DNA of 64,000 nt, from assembly GCF_032191835.1 (NCBI RefSeq), contig NC_083225.1, positions 148,924,001 through 148,988,000 of the forward strand. The letters run 5' to 3'. Source of the DNA: Heteronotia binoei. Its lineage: Eukaryota. The notes beneath the pieces are model-generated. The model saw only the letters and a list, made by a program, of their open reading frames with translations. It made no database searches and had not been told where the DNA came from. Within the stretch, counting starts at the first letter, position 1. Every line of letters starts with the position of its first letter. The translations under genes and the position numbers were made by a program. Shown here piece by piece: positions 22,232-33,984 of this stretch.

Positions 22232-25200
22232 GACAGACCGGGCACCAATGGTCCTGGCCCCGCGAAGCCCATGTTCACAGTTGATATTGGGGGTCAGGAG
22301 ATTCCATTCCTTATAGATACTGGAGCTGCACGGTTTGTGGTGCCTGTTAAGTTTGCTCCTTCAATTCACAATACATTAATATAATTGGAGCTGCAGGGCA
22401 CAAGCAATCCAGACCACTTCTAGCCAAACAAACTTGTACAATAGGAGGCCATGTAGTCCGCCACAATTTTGTCCATTTACACGACTGCTCGGTGCCACTG
22501 ATGGGAAGAGACCTGCTTTCTAAGTTGCGGGCCCAATTGACTTTTAAGTCAGAGAGCCAAATGAACTTTGAGTTGCCTTACATTACCTCAGAAGGCGAAC
22601 TACAATATCAAGGTGTATATGTTCTAGAATGCCCCCGAGAAGAAGAGTGGCAACTTTACCAACCAGCTCCTGTAATGGCCATGTCAGAAGCCTGGTTTCA
22701 ACAATTTCCAGATGTATGGGCAGAGGAAAACCCGCCTGGGTTAGCAGTAAACCATGCACCTATCAAAGTAGAGTTAATCCCAGGAGCCGTTCCAGTTCGG
22801 GAACACCAGTACCCGATTCCCAAGAAGGCAGTAGCTGGCATCCAGAAGCACCTTGACAGGCTCCTCCATTATGGGATTCTTATTGAACGCCAGTCCTCAT
22901 GGAACAGTCCCCTTTTGGCAGTCCAGAAGCCGGGCATCGATGATTACAGACCAGGACAAGATTTACGCTCTGTTAATTCTTGTACACAGACTTTGCATCC
23001 TGCCGTTTCAAACCCATATGTCTTGTTGGGACTTATGCCTGCCTCAGCCACTTATTTTTCAGTGGTAGATCTCAAGGATGCATTCTTTTGTTTAAGATTG
23101 GCACCTGAAAGTCAGCCACTATTTGCCTTCCAATGGGAAGAGAAAGAAACTGGTAGAAAGTTACAATATACATGGACCTGTTTACCCCAGAGGTTCAAAA
23201 ATTCGCCCACCCTTTTTGGCAATGCCCTCAGTAAAGACTTCAGCCGGTTCCCAACTGTGCCAGGAGTTGTGTGCCTTTAATACATTGATGATATTCTGAT
23301 AGGGGCCAAAGACTTACAGGCTTGCCAAGATGCTACTGCTGCCCTGCTAATGCTCCTAACTGAGGTTGGATATAAAGTGTCTCGGAAGAAAGCTCAGCTA
23401 TGCCAAGAGACAGTGAAATTTTTAGGCTTCCATATATTCCAGAGCAGATGGCAGCTAGGCAGGGAGCGAAAAGAGACTGTGTGTGCTATTCCTGTGCCCA
23501 CTACTAGGCGCAAGCTGAGAAAATTTTTAGGAGCAGCAGGGTTCTGCAGAATTTGGCTCCCCAATTTTGCTATTACAGCAAAGTCCTTATACGAGACCAC
23601 TAAGGGGGGAGAAAAAGCACCTTTTGAATGGACAGAGCAATGTCAAAATGCCTTTGAAAACTTAAAACGCCAGCTCATGCAGGCACCAGCTCTGGAACTA
23701 CCTGATACTGACAAGCTCTTTACTCTGTATATGCATGAGCGAGAAGGAATAGCTGCAGGCATTCTAACTCAATTGTTGGGATCCTGGCTCTGACCAGTAG
23801 CATATCTGTCTAAACAACTGGACAATGTGGCCAACCTTCGTGTATGCGTGCCATATCTGCAGTGGCAGAACTTGTGAAGGAAACCGATAAATTCACCTTT
23901 GGCAGCCAGCTTGAAGTGAGAGTGCCTCATAATGTGTAAATGCTTCTTGAGCACAAAGGGAACTATTGGTTCACTAATGCCTGCATGGTCAGATACCAAG
24001 CTCTTATGTGTGAAAATCCCCGTGTGAAAATAGTGACTGTGTCAACTCTGAACCCAGCTTCCCTGTTGCCAACTCCTTGGGAAGAATTAGAACATGACTG
24101 CCTGGAAGTTATGGAAGAGGTCTATTCTAGCCAGCCTGATCTAAAAGATACCCCATTTCCAGATCCAGATATTGATTATTTCACGGATGGGAGTAGCTTT
24201 ATCCACGATGGGAGGAGCAGAGCAGGATATGTGGTTGTTACTCTAGAAACAGTGATAGAGGCAGAAGCACTGCCGATATCAACTTCAGCACAGAAGGCAG
24301 AGTTAATTGCCCTCTTCAGAGCACTCCGGTTAGCAGAAGGACTGAAAGCCAATATTTGCACAGACTTTAAATATGCTTTCATGATGCTGCATGCCCATGG
24401 AGCCTTATACAAAGAGAGAGGCTTAATTACTGCAAGTGGCAAAGGAATTAAAAATGGGAAAGAGATTTTGGAATTGTTGGAAGCTGTCTGGGCACCCTGG
24501 CACATAGCTGTCATCCATTGCCGAGGCCATCAGAAGCCCCTAAGTCCAGTAGCAAGAGGAAATCGGAAGGCAGATTTAACAGCTAAGGGGGCAGCACTAA
24601 AGCCTTATCAGGGAAGCACAGAAATTCTGCCTGTTTTTCAAGTTTTCTTAACCGAATGGAGTCCTCAGTATTCACTAGCTGAGGCGCAGTGGGTTCAAAC
24701 TCAAGGGGGAGTAACCAAATGAAGCGATGGTTGGTACGTTCTTCCCGATGGCAGAATTTATATTCCAGAAGCTGTAGCATGGCCATTAATTCAGAATCTG
24801 CATGAGGGAACACACTATGGAAAGACTGCTCTTGAATGCTCTGTGAGTCGATGGGCATACATCAACTGTGTGAGTTCACTGACATCTCAAGCCTCTGCAC
24901 AGTGTGTTACACATGCAAAGAACAATCCAGGTCAGGCCCCATGCAACCACTTAGAAGTCAGCCCGTGGGAGCAACACCTTTGTAGATTTCACTGAGATGC
25001 CCAAAGCTGGACATTACCGTTACATGCTTGTATTTGTTTGCATGATGTATGGGTGGATTGAGGCTTACCCGACCCGCACTGAGAAGGCCAATGAAGTTGT
25101 AAAAGCTTTATTAAAAAACATCATACCTACATTTGATTTATGTGTAACTTTAGAAAGTGACAATGGGCCATCATTTATTGAGAAAACTGTACAAGGTGTA

Positions 25201-25395
25201 TCTAAGTTGCTTGGCATTACTTGAAAACTGCATGCCGCTTACCGGCCACAGAGTTCAGCAAAAGTAGAAAGGGCTAACAGATCTTTGAAGAACGCCCTGT
25301 CTAAACTTTGTCAAAAAACTACTTTACCATGGACTACAATGTTGCCAATAGCATTGTTCTGGTTGCACTGCCTGCCACACAAACGGCTTAAGCTG
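22232..25395 (+). pseudogene. pol: ERV pro-pol (PR, RT, RNase H, truncated IN), multiple stops and frameshifts
   Basis: LIDTGA (DTG at 22316-22324); DLKDAFF, LPQRFKNSP, YIDD (23281); FTDGSS, SAQKAELIAL, HCRGHQ; HEGTH..CVTC, DFTEMP, SDNGPSF, YRPQSSAKVER. Confidence 0.93.
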
Positions 25396-26782
25396 TGGCA
25401 TGGGACTTGCATTATTGGAACAATACATCCCAGCTTTTTCCTTTTGCCTTCAAATGTTGGTTCAGCTCTAAGAACCCTAGTGTTCGATGATTATATTAGA
25501 TCAAAGCGTTCTCTGGACATTGGAGGTACGCAGTGGGGAGATGAATGGCCCCCACAACAGATCATTGAATATTATGGCCCAGCCACATGGTCGCAGGATG
25601 GGACCTGGGGTTATCAAACGCCTATGTATATGCTTAATTGAGTTATTAGATTGTAAGCTGTGGTAGAAATTATAATGAATCAAACAGCAGACCCAAATGC
25701 ATGCTGCAATATATCAAAATCGCCTGGCATTGGATTATCTGTTAGCTGAGGAAGGTGGTGTCTGTGGGAAGTTTAAGTTTTCACATTGTTGTTTAAATAT
25801 TGATGATAGTGGAGAAGCTGTACAGAATATAGCATCTGAAATTCGTAAAATTGCTCATGCACCAGTGGAGACATGGAAAAATTCTGATGTATCATGGTTT
25901 GGGCAAATTATGGTAAACATATTCTCTTCTTAACGGGCATTTCTTTTGGAGGCTTAATGTTATTGCCATGTTTAATTCCTATAATGAGGTCTAGTGTTAA
26001 TAATGCCATGAAGGCACTGACTCCCTTAGGGAAAAATGTTAGCGTTATGTATATGTCTCCAGAGGAAAGGAAACAGTACTTTATTAATTTGTTTGAGGAG
26101 GCTTCCGGGCTACGTTGCCTTACTATCAGGTGGATTCGCAAGCTCTCCTGCATGCGACCCCCCTGAAGCAGGCAGGGGGAAGGGTGCCACGTATGTGACA
26201 CCCCCAAAGAGACCCTGGGAGGTCTCTTAGGCATGGGGCTTTTACAGCAGGACAGGGGCGCAACGACAGTTGTTCCTGTTCCTTCTGTGTGCCCTGAAGC
26301 TCTTCCCGTCATGTTCACTATTACAGCAGCAAGAGGTGAACGCCTGATCGTTTGCTTTTCTTTTCTTCAATAAGCTTTTGATCCCCTCTTTCTCAGGCAT
26401 GACAACTCTTCAATGCAAGTAAGTCGGCTTTCAATTACCAAGGGTAATTCAGTTCAGAGGAAGGGAAAGAGATTGATATATCTAATTTCCCTGTGATTGA
26501 GGCTGTGGAAAGCTAAGAAACAATTTGAATTAATCGGAATTTGGACACTTAAATTGACCCAGATCATAATTGAATATTTGTTAAAGAGACTATTATTTGG
26601 CTGCAATACGGTCTGAACAAAATGAGATACTTGTCAGAGGGATTTCTCCTTGTTGTCTGATTTGAAATTCATACGCTAACATCTAAAACTCCAGTTGGAG
26701 GAGACTGGGAAGGATGCGCTATCTGGGACTCTAGGCTACTTTGCAATCTGGATTAATGGACTGAGTTTGCTGACAGATAAAA

Positions 26783-27211
26783 ATGGTTTTGCTAAGCAAA
26801 ATTTCTTATAATAAAGATATTTTAAGCAGTTTGAAATCTCTGAGGCAAGATCTTGGTTTATTGGCAGACTTGGTTAAGAAGCAAATGGAAGCTTTTTTGC
26901 TGAAAGCTAGCAAAATCTCAAATCTACATGAGCAGAGTGCTAAAGAGAACCCGGTGATGTCTGTGGAATTGAAATGGAAGACTGACCTGTTGGGAAACAA
27001 TCAAAAGAAAATTAAAATGGAATCCTATGGCATAGTTAAAAAAGAAGACCGGAAATGGAGACTGATTCAAACTAGGTTGAGAGGAACAAAGGCTGTGGAA
27101 TTCTTCTCACTATCTTTGAGAAGGATGACTGCATTAAGAAATAAGAAGATGCATTTTAAACAGAAAATCATGATGTGGAAATCTTTCAGAAAGAAGATCC
27201 TTCTGAACTAG
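26783..27211 (+). CDS. Orphan 142-aa ORF inside the L1-like element; amphipathic/coiled-coil-like N-half, basic C-half
   Basis: Open frame from ATG; DILSSLKSLRQDLGLLADLVKKQMEAF heptad pattern; no recognisable domain; expression unknown. Confidence 0.4.
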   Translation: MVLLSKISYNKDILSSLKSLRQDLGLLADLVKKQMEAFLLKASKISNLHEQSAKENPVMSVELKWKTDLLGNNQKKIKMESYGIVKKEDRKWRLIQTRLRGTKAVEFFSLSLRRMTALRNKKMHFKQKIMMWKSFRKKILLN

Positions 27212-27932
27212 ACTTTTCTCAGTGGATAGCTGGACATGGACTTTGGAAGAAAATTTGATATGTGAAATTAGAAGGCTAAGTGAGATTTCTTTCTCCTTTT
27301 TTGTTTTTGGGCCATAATAGTTGTCTTGTTTAAAACAATATGGATTTAAAAGTTAAAGGACTAAAAAGTTTTTGAAAAGAATTTTATGTAAAAATAGTTA
27401 GATTAACTCTTAAGAAGGCACATAGTGTAATTTCCTGATATATTGCTGAACTTGTTTTTAATAGATAACAATATTAGTCTTTATTTTTATTATTGATATA
27501 GGTAATTCTACAAGTTAATCTATAACTGTTAAGAAGGCAGATATTGTAATTATTTTGCTAATTAGTAGATCTTCTAATATGCTTGTTTGAAGAAATTGTC
27601 TATAATAAGATAAACTATTGTGCCCTGTTTTTAATTTGTCATGGATAAAGATATTGGTCACAGACTGTGTTAAGGAGAGAGAAGGTGCATATTAGTTATA
27701 AATCAGGAGATAGATTTCTTTTTAGTAAGAAGGGTTTCCTGAAATGTTCTTATCTTGGTGGGTAGTTGGGTATGGAACTCTCAATAAGAACAGGCATGTG
27801 ATTTTTATTTTTGGTCATAAGAAGTTGTTTTTCATAGTCCAATAGGGATATAAGAGATGGACTAATTGTTAAAAAGGCAGACAGCACAGATGTTATGTAA
27901 ACTGGTAGATTTGTTTTAAATACTCCGAAAGC

Positions 27933-29120
27933 AAAGCAAGGCTGCGTTCTCGCGCCAACTCTCTTTACGATCTTCTTTAGCATGATGCTTCAAAGAGCCG
28001 CAGTAGATCTAGATGAGGACGATGGTGTCTACATCCGCTATCGCACCGATGGCAGCCTGTTCAACCTGAGGCGACTAAAGGCACACTCCAAGACAATGGA
28101 AAAACTCATCCGAGAGCTACTGTTTGCTGACGATGCTGCACTCGTCTCCCACTCGGTATCAGCTCTGCAGCATATGACGTCCTGCTTTGCAGAGGCTGCC
28201 AAGCTATTCGGCCTAGAAGTTAGTCTGAAGAAGACAGAAGTTCTCCACCAGCCTGCACCCCAGGAAGATTATCACCCTCCCTGCATCACTGTGGGTGAAT
28301 CAGTTCTGAAGACAGTCCAGCAGTTCAGCTACCTGGGGTGCATCATCTCCTCAGATGCCAAGATCGACAAGGAGATTGACAACAGGCTGGCAAAGGCAAA
28401 CCGTGCATTTGGCCGACTGCACAAAAGAGTGTGGAGCAACAAGCATCTGAAAAAAGGCACAAAGATCAATGTTTACAAAGCGGTTGTGATGACAACCCTC
28501 ATCTATGGCTCCGAATCGTGGGTTTTATACCGTCATCACCTGCGACTCCTTGAGCGCTTTCATCAGCGCTGCCTTCGCACCATCCTCAACATCCACTGGA
28601 GTGACTTTGTGACCAACACTGAAGTCCTCAAATGGGCAGAGGTTACCAGCATCGAGGCACTGCTGTTGAAGACGCAGCTGCGCTGGGCAGGGCATATTTC
28701 TAGGATGGAAAACCACCGCCTTCCCAAGATTGCCCTGTATGGCGAACTCTCCACCGGCCATCGAAATAGAGGGGCACCAAAGAAGAGGTACAAGGACTCC
28801 TTGAAGAAATCCCTTAGCACCTGTCACATCAACCATCACCAGTGGTCTGACCTAGCCTCAGATCGCAAAGCATGGAGGCACACCATCCACCAGGCTGTCT
28901 CTTCCTTTGAGAACACACGCATAGCTGGTCTTGAGGACAAAAGGAGATTGAGGAAGAATCGCACTGCTACAGGACCAACCCTAAATCAGACTTTTCCCTG
29001 CAGCCGCTGTGGCCGGACCTGCCTGTCCCACATTGGTCTTGTCAGCCACCAGCGAGCCTGCAGCAAACGTGGACTATTGCACCCTTCTTAAATCTTCGTT
29101 CGCGAAGCCAAGCCGAGAGA
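27933..29120 (+). mobile_element. RTE-clade LINE, 5'-truncated, young
   Basis: KQGCVLAPTLF, LLFADDAAL, FSYLG, C-terminal CSRCGRTCLSHIGLVSHQRAC; (GA)n tail; probable TSD GATTTGTTTT (27908-27917, 29119-29128). Confidence 0.93.
27982..29091 (+). CDS. RTE reverse transcriptase C-terminal half (uninterrupted 369 aa; 5'-truncated so non-functional)
   Basis: FADD catalytic motif; zinc-finger-like C-terminus. Confidence 0.85.
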   Translation: MMLQRAAVDLDEDDGVYIRYRTDGSLFNLRRLKAHSKTMEKLIRELLFADDAALVSHSVSALQHMTSCFAEAAKLFGLEVSLKKTEVLHQPAPQEDYHPPCITVGESVLKTVQQFSYLGCIISSDAKIDKEIDNRLAKANRAFGRLHKRVWSNKHLKKGTKINVYKAVVMTTLIYGSESWVLYRHHLRLLERFHQRCLRTILNIHWSDFVTNTEVLKWAEVTSIEALLLKTQLRWAGHISRMENHRLPKIALYGELSTGHRNRGAPKKRYKDSLKKSLSTCHINHHQWSDLASDRKAWRHTIHQAVSSFENTRIAGLEDKRRLRKNRTATGPTLNQTFPCSRCGRTCLSHIGLVSHQRACSKRGLLHPS

Positions 29121-29660
29121 TTTGTTTTTAGTATGCCTCCCAGGAGGAGCTGTTCATATTGAGATAGACAAAATACTATGTTGTATTTTTTTTTAGCTTC
29201 TTAAGGATAAAGATATAAATTTTTGTGTCTATGTTAATGAGGGTAGCATTAAGCTAACAAACTAGTCTGTGTTTTTAACATGGTTAAGCTAGTTCCATGC
29301 TGAGACTGCTCTGACTTATTTATTATATGTGTTGAAGAAGAACTGTTTAGACTTGTATTGCAAATAATAGCTTAGTAAAAATGTTTTATAATGGAAGATA
29401 AAGATGGTAAGATATATGGAGAATTCTATACTTGCAGGTAGAACGAATTGGATATTTTATTTAGAGGTAGATTTAAAATTGATATATTTGTATTTTTCTC
29501 CCCCCCCCCGCTTTTACCATTCTGTATATGCCCTCCCCCCTCCCTCTTTTTCTGTATTTATGCTTATGCTTCTTTCTTTTGTAGTTAAAACCAAAAAAAA
29601 ATTATAAAATGGTAATTTGTTTGAGGATAGTCAGTCTCCTTCAGACTAAATAAGTTTTCA

Positions 29661-29680
29661 GAAGACTGAAAGGGAGGAAA
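29661..29680 (+). promoter_or_regulatory. ERV polypurine tract
   Basis: GAAGACTGAAAGGGAGGAAA immediately 5' of the 3' LTR. Confidence 0.8.
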
Positions 29681-30206
29681 TAAAGGAGAGCTCCTGAANN
29701 NNNNNNNNNNNNNNNNNNNNNNNNNNNNNNNNNNNNNNNNNNNNNNNNNNNNNNNNNNNNNNNNNNNNNNNNNNNNNNNNNNNNNNNNNNNNNNNNNNNN
29801 NNNNNNNNNNNNNNNNNNNNNNNNNNNNTTTTGCCTTCAAACTAAAGTGTCTGTTACAATGCTGCCATTAGAAATTGGCTACCGCCCAGTGGCTGGGAGC
29901 TACAGCTGGAAAGATTAGATAAGAGAACAGCCTCCTACAGAAAACTTGCTATGGATAGATAGTGCGGAGGAATTGTGTCATGGAAATTTACTGAGGAGAG
30001 GTCTGTGAGGCCTGATCTTTGAAATCAGATAAGTTTACGCCAGCCTACTCACTTGCATGCTTACTAGAAAAACTGTATGCGCTTAGGGAAAGGCATCTCA
30101 GTCATTTTGGGGGCCCATGCCTGACTGAGTCCTACCTTTTGGTGCCAAAAGTAAACCTCGCTTCATGCCAGTAAGTCTGTGCGGACCTCGTTATTTCTCT
30201 GCTTCA
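29681..30206 (+). repeat. ERV 3' LTR (contains an N gap at 29699-29828)
   Basis: TAAAGGAGAGCTCCTGAA start matches the 5' LTR start; 29829-30206 aligns to 18043-18429 with about 14 substitutions counted by eye plus a microsatellite-region difference. Confidence 0.9.
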
Positions 30207-31584
30207 TCCTCCTGACCCCATGTGAGGTGGGTGGGAGCTGCTGCCTCTGCCAGAAGTCAGCTGCCCAACCTCTGGAGGGGGGGTAGGTGTTTGAGCTTAA
30301 GTGGGGCAGGTGTTAGCGGTGGCTACGAGAGCTTGCCCTTCTTGTTTCCCACATTCACTGGAGGTATGGCCAGGGCAGCTGCCCTGGTTGTCCATTGGCT
30401 AAAACCACCCCTGAATATTGTGAATTTGGGAATTTTCTGGATGGCTTGCTACAAAGTTGGCTCTTCTGGGGAATTAAAGCTACGCAATGGTACCTCTTAA
30501 TTTCTGAGCCAAATTTGACTGCTACTGCTACACAACAGCAAGCATTAGCAGCTGAAGGAGCTTCCTGTAATGTCACAGAAATTTGATCCATGCATCCCAC
30601 TAATGACCACACACTTCAGAGAAACCAAGAATTAGAAAATGAGCAATTATGGAGGCTCACATCTTCACTTATTGGATTACACATGCTGAGAAATGCTTAT
30701 ACGTGTTTAAACTGTGGAGGGCAATATAAACAAGTGAATGCATATTTCAGAGTGCTAAGAGTCGTATCTGCAAGGAGGTTCACATTGAAAAAGTCTGTCA
30801 GTCAAGAGTTAATTCCAAGAAGTAGATGTGGGAGAGAAATAGCCACCTTCAAACAGTCCATAATGTAGATGTTTTCTTTGTGCACTAGGTCCATTCATCA
30901 CATTCATGTAATGGAAACTCACTGTCCAGAAATGATTTAATTGTAGAGTGAAATGGCCAGAAGTGTGAAATGGAAGTTGAATCTGGGACAGGATTCTCCC
31001 ATCAAAAACAACACACTTTTACAGCTATTCCAACTCAATTCTCCCAAGTTATAGAAATCAAAACTTTACCTCCATGACTACAATGGACAGATTGTTCAGA
31101 TCCTGTGATGTAGATGTTCGTTTTTAATTTGTCACTATAGACTAACTAAACTGTTTGTCACAAAAGAGGATCATAAAAGTCTGCTGGAAAAAACTGGTTC
31201 ACATCCTTGGGAATCAGTGTACAAGGAGCTCAAACTGTCCAGTGGATGAGTTAGCATCTGAGCTCCCATAGATATTCACTAAGGCCTTCTGGATTAGCTT
31301 CTTAGACAGTCAGTATACAACAGGGAGGACCATGACACTGAGAAAGGGGGAATTTATCCTTCCCATGTTGTCTCCCTATTTGGAAACCCAACCCAGGCTA
31401 TTTTAAACCCTTGTATAGAAAAAAGGCAGGAATCTGTATTTTGCCTATCTTTTCCTTAATGGGACTTAAGACAGGCTGGGAGTGGCATTTACAGTTGGAC
31501 ATAGGAGTCGGAGGGTAACAGTAAACAAACCCCCCCCCTCTCCTGAAGCCTTGATTCAAATCACCTGCACCTACCCCACATATA

Positions 31585-32427
31585 GGCTGGGTCCAGACTG
31601 GTATTTTAAGCTAACATAAGGACAGGACCTGCACAGATAAAAAAAAATCAAATCCAAATGTGCACAACTGCCACCCATCTTGCTCCTATACTCACCCTGG
31701 CCTTAGGTGTCTCAGCCACGGCTCAAAAAGCTATCACTTCTGAAGTGGTAGCAAATTTTTGAGCTGCATGGCATCTGCCCAGCAGATGTCTGAATGCCAG
31801 AGCACACATGTGAGGTGCATTAGCAATGTGAACCCACCAGGCTGCCCTAAACTGCTTCCAGCTTTTTTTTAAAAAAAACATTGCTTCCAAGCGCATAGAA
31901 GAAGAAAAATTGCAGATTTATACCCCATCCTTCTCTCTGAATCAGAGACTCAGAGCAGCTTACAATCTCCTATATCTTTTCCCCCTACAACAGACACCCT
32001 GTGAGGTGGGTGAGGCTGAGAGGACTCTCACAGCAGCTGCCCTTTCAAGGACAACCTCGGCCAGAGCTATGGCTGACCCAAGGCCATTCCAGCAGCTGCA
32101 AGTGGAAGAGTGGGGAATCAAACCCAGTTCTCCCAGATAAGAGTCCACACACTTAACCATTACACCAAACTGGCTCTCATGGTGCATAGGCTCATGGGTG
32201 CACATGTGCATGACCAGTAAATGAATGTGTGTGTGGGGGGGGGAAGAAACCCAAACCAAGCTATGGGGATGGTGTGGGACAGCTGTCTGACTGTGTCAAA
32301 GCACATCCCATGCAGGATATGGGTGCTTTGCAGGGCCGCATGTGGATGGGCTTCTGCCACTCCGTTTTGAGCTGGCCTGATCTGGGATGCTTCCCATGCA
32401 CCCCAAACTGCTGGTATGGACCCAGCC
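31585..32427. mobile_element. PIF/Harbinger-like non-autonomous element with a SINE inside
   Basis: TIR GGCTGGGTCCAGAC / GTATGGACCCAGCC; internal GCTCAAAAAGCTA...AGTGGTAGCAAAT block shared with 3175-3658. Confidence 0.55.
31897..32177 (-). mobile_element. Squam3-like SINE, full length
   Basis: Same family; (GAA)n tail. Confidence 0.9.
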
Positions 32428-32944
32428 ATGTGTTGTTTTTTAGGGCAAAATTATATGCATAGAGTACCAGTCATGGACCTTCACATCACCTGTAGTCTGG
32501 GCCTTTATCAGTTAACTAGAATTGATGGGTGATATAGATGGAAACTAAAAATTCAACAACTGCTTAGAAAAATGCCAGGTCTGGCAAACAGGAGCACCAA
32601 GAAAAAAGCACCTCCCAAACTTGGACCCCAAAGACAAAAACAAAACATTTCTTTCTACCTCCTTTCAGATGATAAATGAGAATTGTTAGGCAGTGTCTGC
32701 TGAAAAGGGCTGGAAAGAAAGTAAATAATGTTACTTAGAAATAATTTGTGAGCCAGGAGTGAAGACCACAATGAGTACAGCATTATAAATAAAATAACAT
32801 TTGCATAATTTGTGCTCTATTGCATAATTGTGCTTGAAATCTATCAAGCAGTGGCCACTCACACAGTGATGCCAGTTTTCTGAAGGAGGAGGTTTATTCG
32901 AGGTTGTTTCTTTCCTGTGGTTTCCTTCTCCTCTAGGAGCCTAA

Positions 32945-33033
32945 CAGTGCAGTCCTAAACAGAGTTACACTCTTCTGTGCCTGTTAATTTCAGTGGATTT
33001 AGAAGGGTATTGTGTCTGTTTAGGATTGCACTG
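32945..33033. mobile_element. Short hairpin MITE (~90 bp family; related copies at ~2420-2490, 5128-5195, 33470-33540, 45722-45810)
   Basis: CAGTGCAGTCCTAAACAG...CTGTTTAGGATTGCACTG self-complementary ends. Confidence 0.6.
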
Positions 33034-33627
33034 CAAGTCATAGTTAATGAGAATATGCACTTGAAATAGTCTCCCCTCTGGTCTTAATTGTATCGCTGAA
33101 TGATTGCTCCAACACGTCAAAGCCTGAGTGCATGAATGCTAGTGCAAAAAGTTAGAATTATGCTTATAAAGGTTGGGATTGGTAGGCAAAGAAAGGGAAG
33201 CATTTTCACAACAGGCAGCATCAATTAGGTGCTTGTGAGAGTCACATAACACATGCTGTCATGGTAGCCATTATGGGGGGGGGGAGCAGCAACAGAATTA
33301 ACACTGCCATCATACACTGAACAAAATTTGAGGTTAGTTTACTTTGTCTGATACCTTTGACTCATGAAAGCTTATACTATGGAACATTTTATTATTTTTA
33401 AGGTACTATTGGATCCTAATTTTGCTGTACCACTACAGTCTAACACAGTTACCCTCCTGAAATGATCATAAACAGAGTTACTCCAATCTATATCAATTGA
33501 AGTTAATGGGCTTAGAAAGGTATAACTCTTCATAAGATGATGTAATTTGTATTTATCTAAAATATTTACATATAATTTATCTTGTCTAATATCAGGCAAC
33601 TAACAACAAAACCCAGACATTACAACA

Positions 33628-33803
33628 TTTGTTGTTGCCACCATCAAGTCATAGGTGACTTATGGCAACCCCATAGGGTTTGCCTGCCTCTGCATCACAA
33701 CCCTAGTATTCCTTGGTAGTATTCCATCCAAATACTAGCCAGGGCCGAAGCAGCTTCTGAGATCTGACAACGTCAGGCTAGCTTGGGCTACCCAGGTCAG
33801 GGG
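33628..33803 (-). mobile_element. 5S rRNA-derived SINE with Sauria/BovB-like tail
   Basis: Reverse complement of the 5S-like core (GATCTCAGAAGCT...TAGTATTTGGATGG...GGAATAC); tail ...GTTGCCATAAGTC...(CAA)n. Confidence 0.7.
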
Positions 33804-33984
33804 ACGTACTTTAAACTATTATTGAATAATAACTAGACAAAACCTATTACTATTAGCACAACAATACAAAAATGCTAACATATGCCTTCTAGACAATAGC
33901 CTGGTAGATGTACAGCAAAAGCAACTATTATACTTCAAAGGCTTTCCTTTAAAAGGAAGGGGTTTTTCTTGCCTTTGGAAAGAG

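Larger units (their letters stand above)
26100..29612 (+). mobile_element. Non-autonomous L1-like element (~2.3 kb without the RTE) with a single orphan ORF
   Basis: 15-bp TSD TAATTTGTTTGAGGA (26085-26099, 29613-29627); GC-rich 5' end GGCTTCCGGG; pyrimidine-rich 3' end and A-rich tail; no EN/RT motifs seen. Confidence 0.75.
25396..29649 (+). pseudogene. env: ERV env remnant: end of SU plus TM (25396-26099 and 29628-29649), ERV3/HERV-R-like; interrupted by the L1-like element
   Basis: Furin site RSKR at 25498-25509; WPPQQIIEYYGPATWSQDGTWGYQTPMYMLN; ISD IYQNRLALDYLLAEEGGVC; CX6CC CGKFKFSHCC; tail ...YFINLFE|DSQSPSD* rejoined across the insertion. Confidence 0.88.
17943..30206 (+). mobile_element. 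Class I (gamma-like) endogenous retrovirus, defective provirus with four nested insertions
   Basis: Paired LTRs, PBS, gag, pro, RT, RNase H, IN, env TM and PPT in canonical order. Confidence 0.93.

Noticed and set aside
25396-26099. env as a domesticated (syncytin-like) gene
   Set aside because: No signal peptide, SU largely deleted, stops and frameshifts, L1-like insertion in the tail
32669-32720. Strong acceptor with donor, candidate exon
   Set aside because: Stops in all three frames; could be non-coding or terminal but unsupported without RNA data
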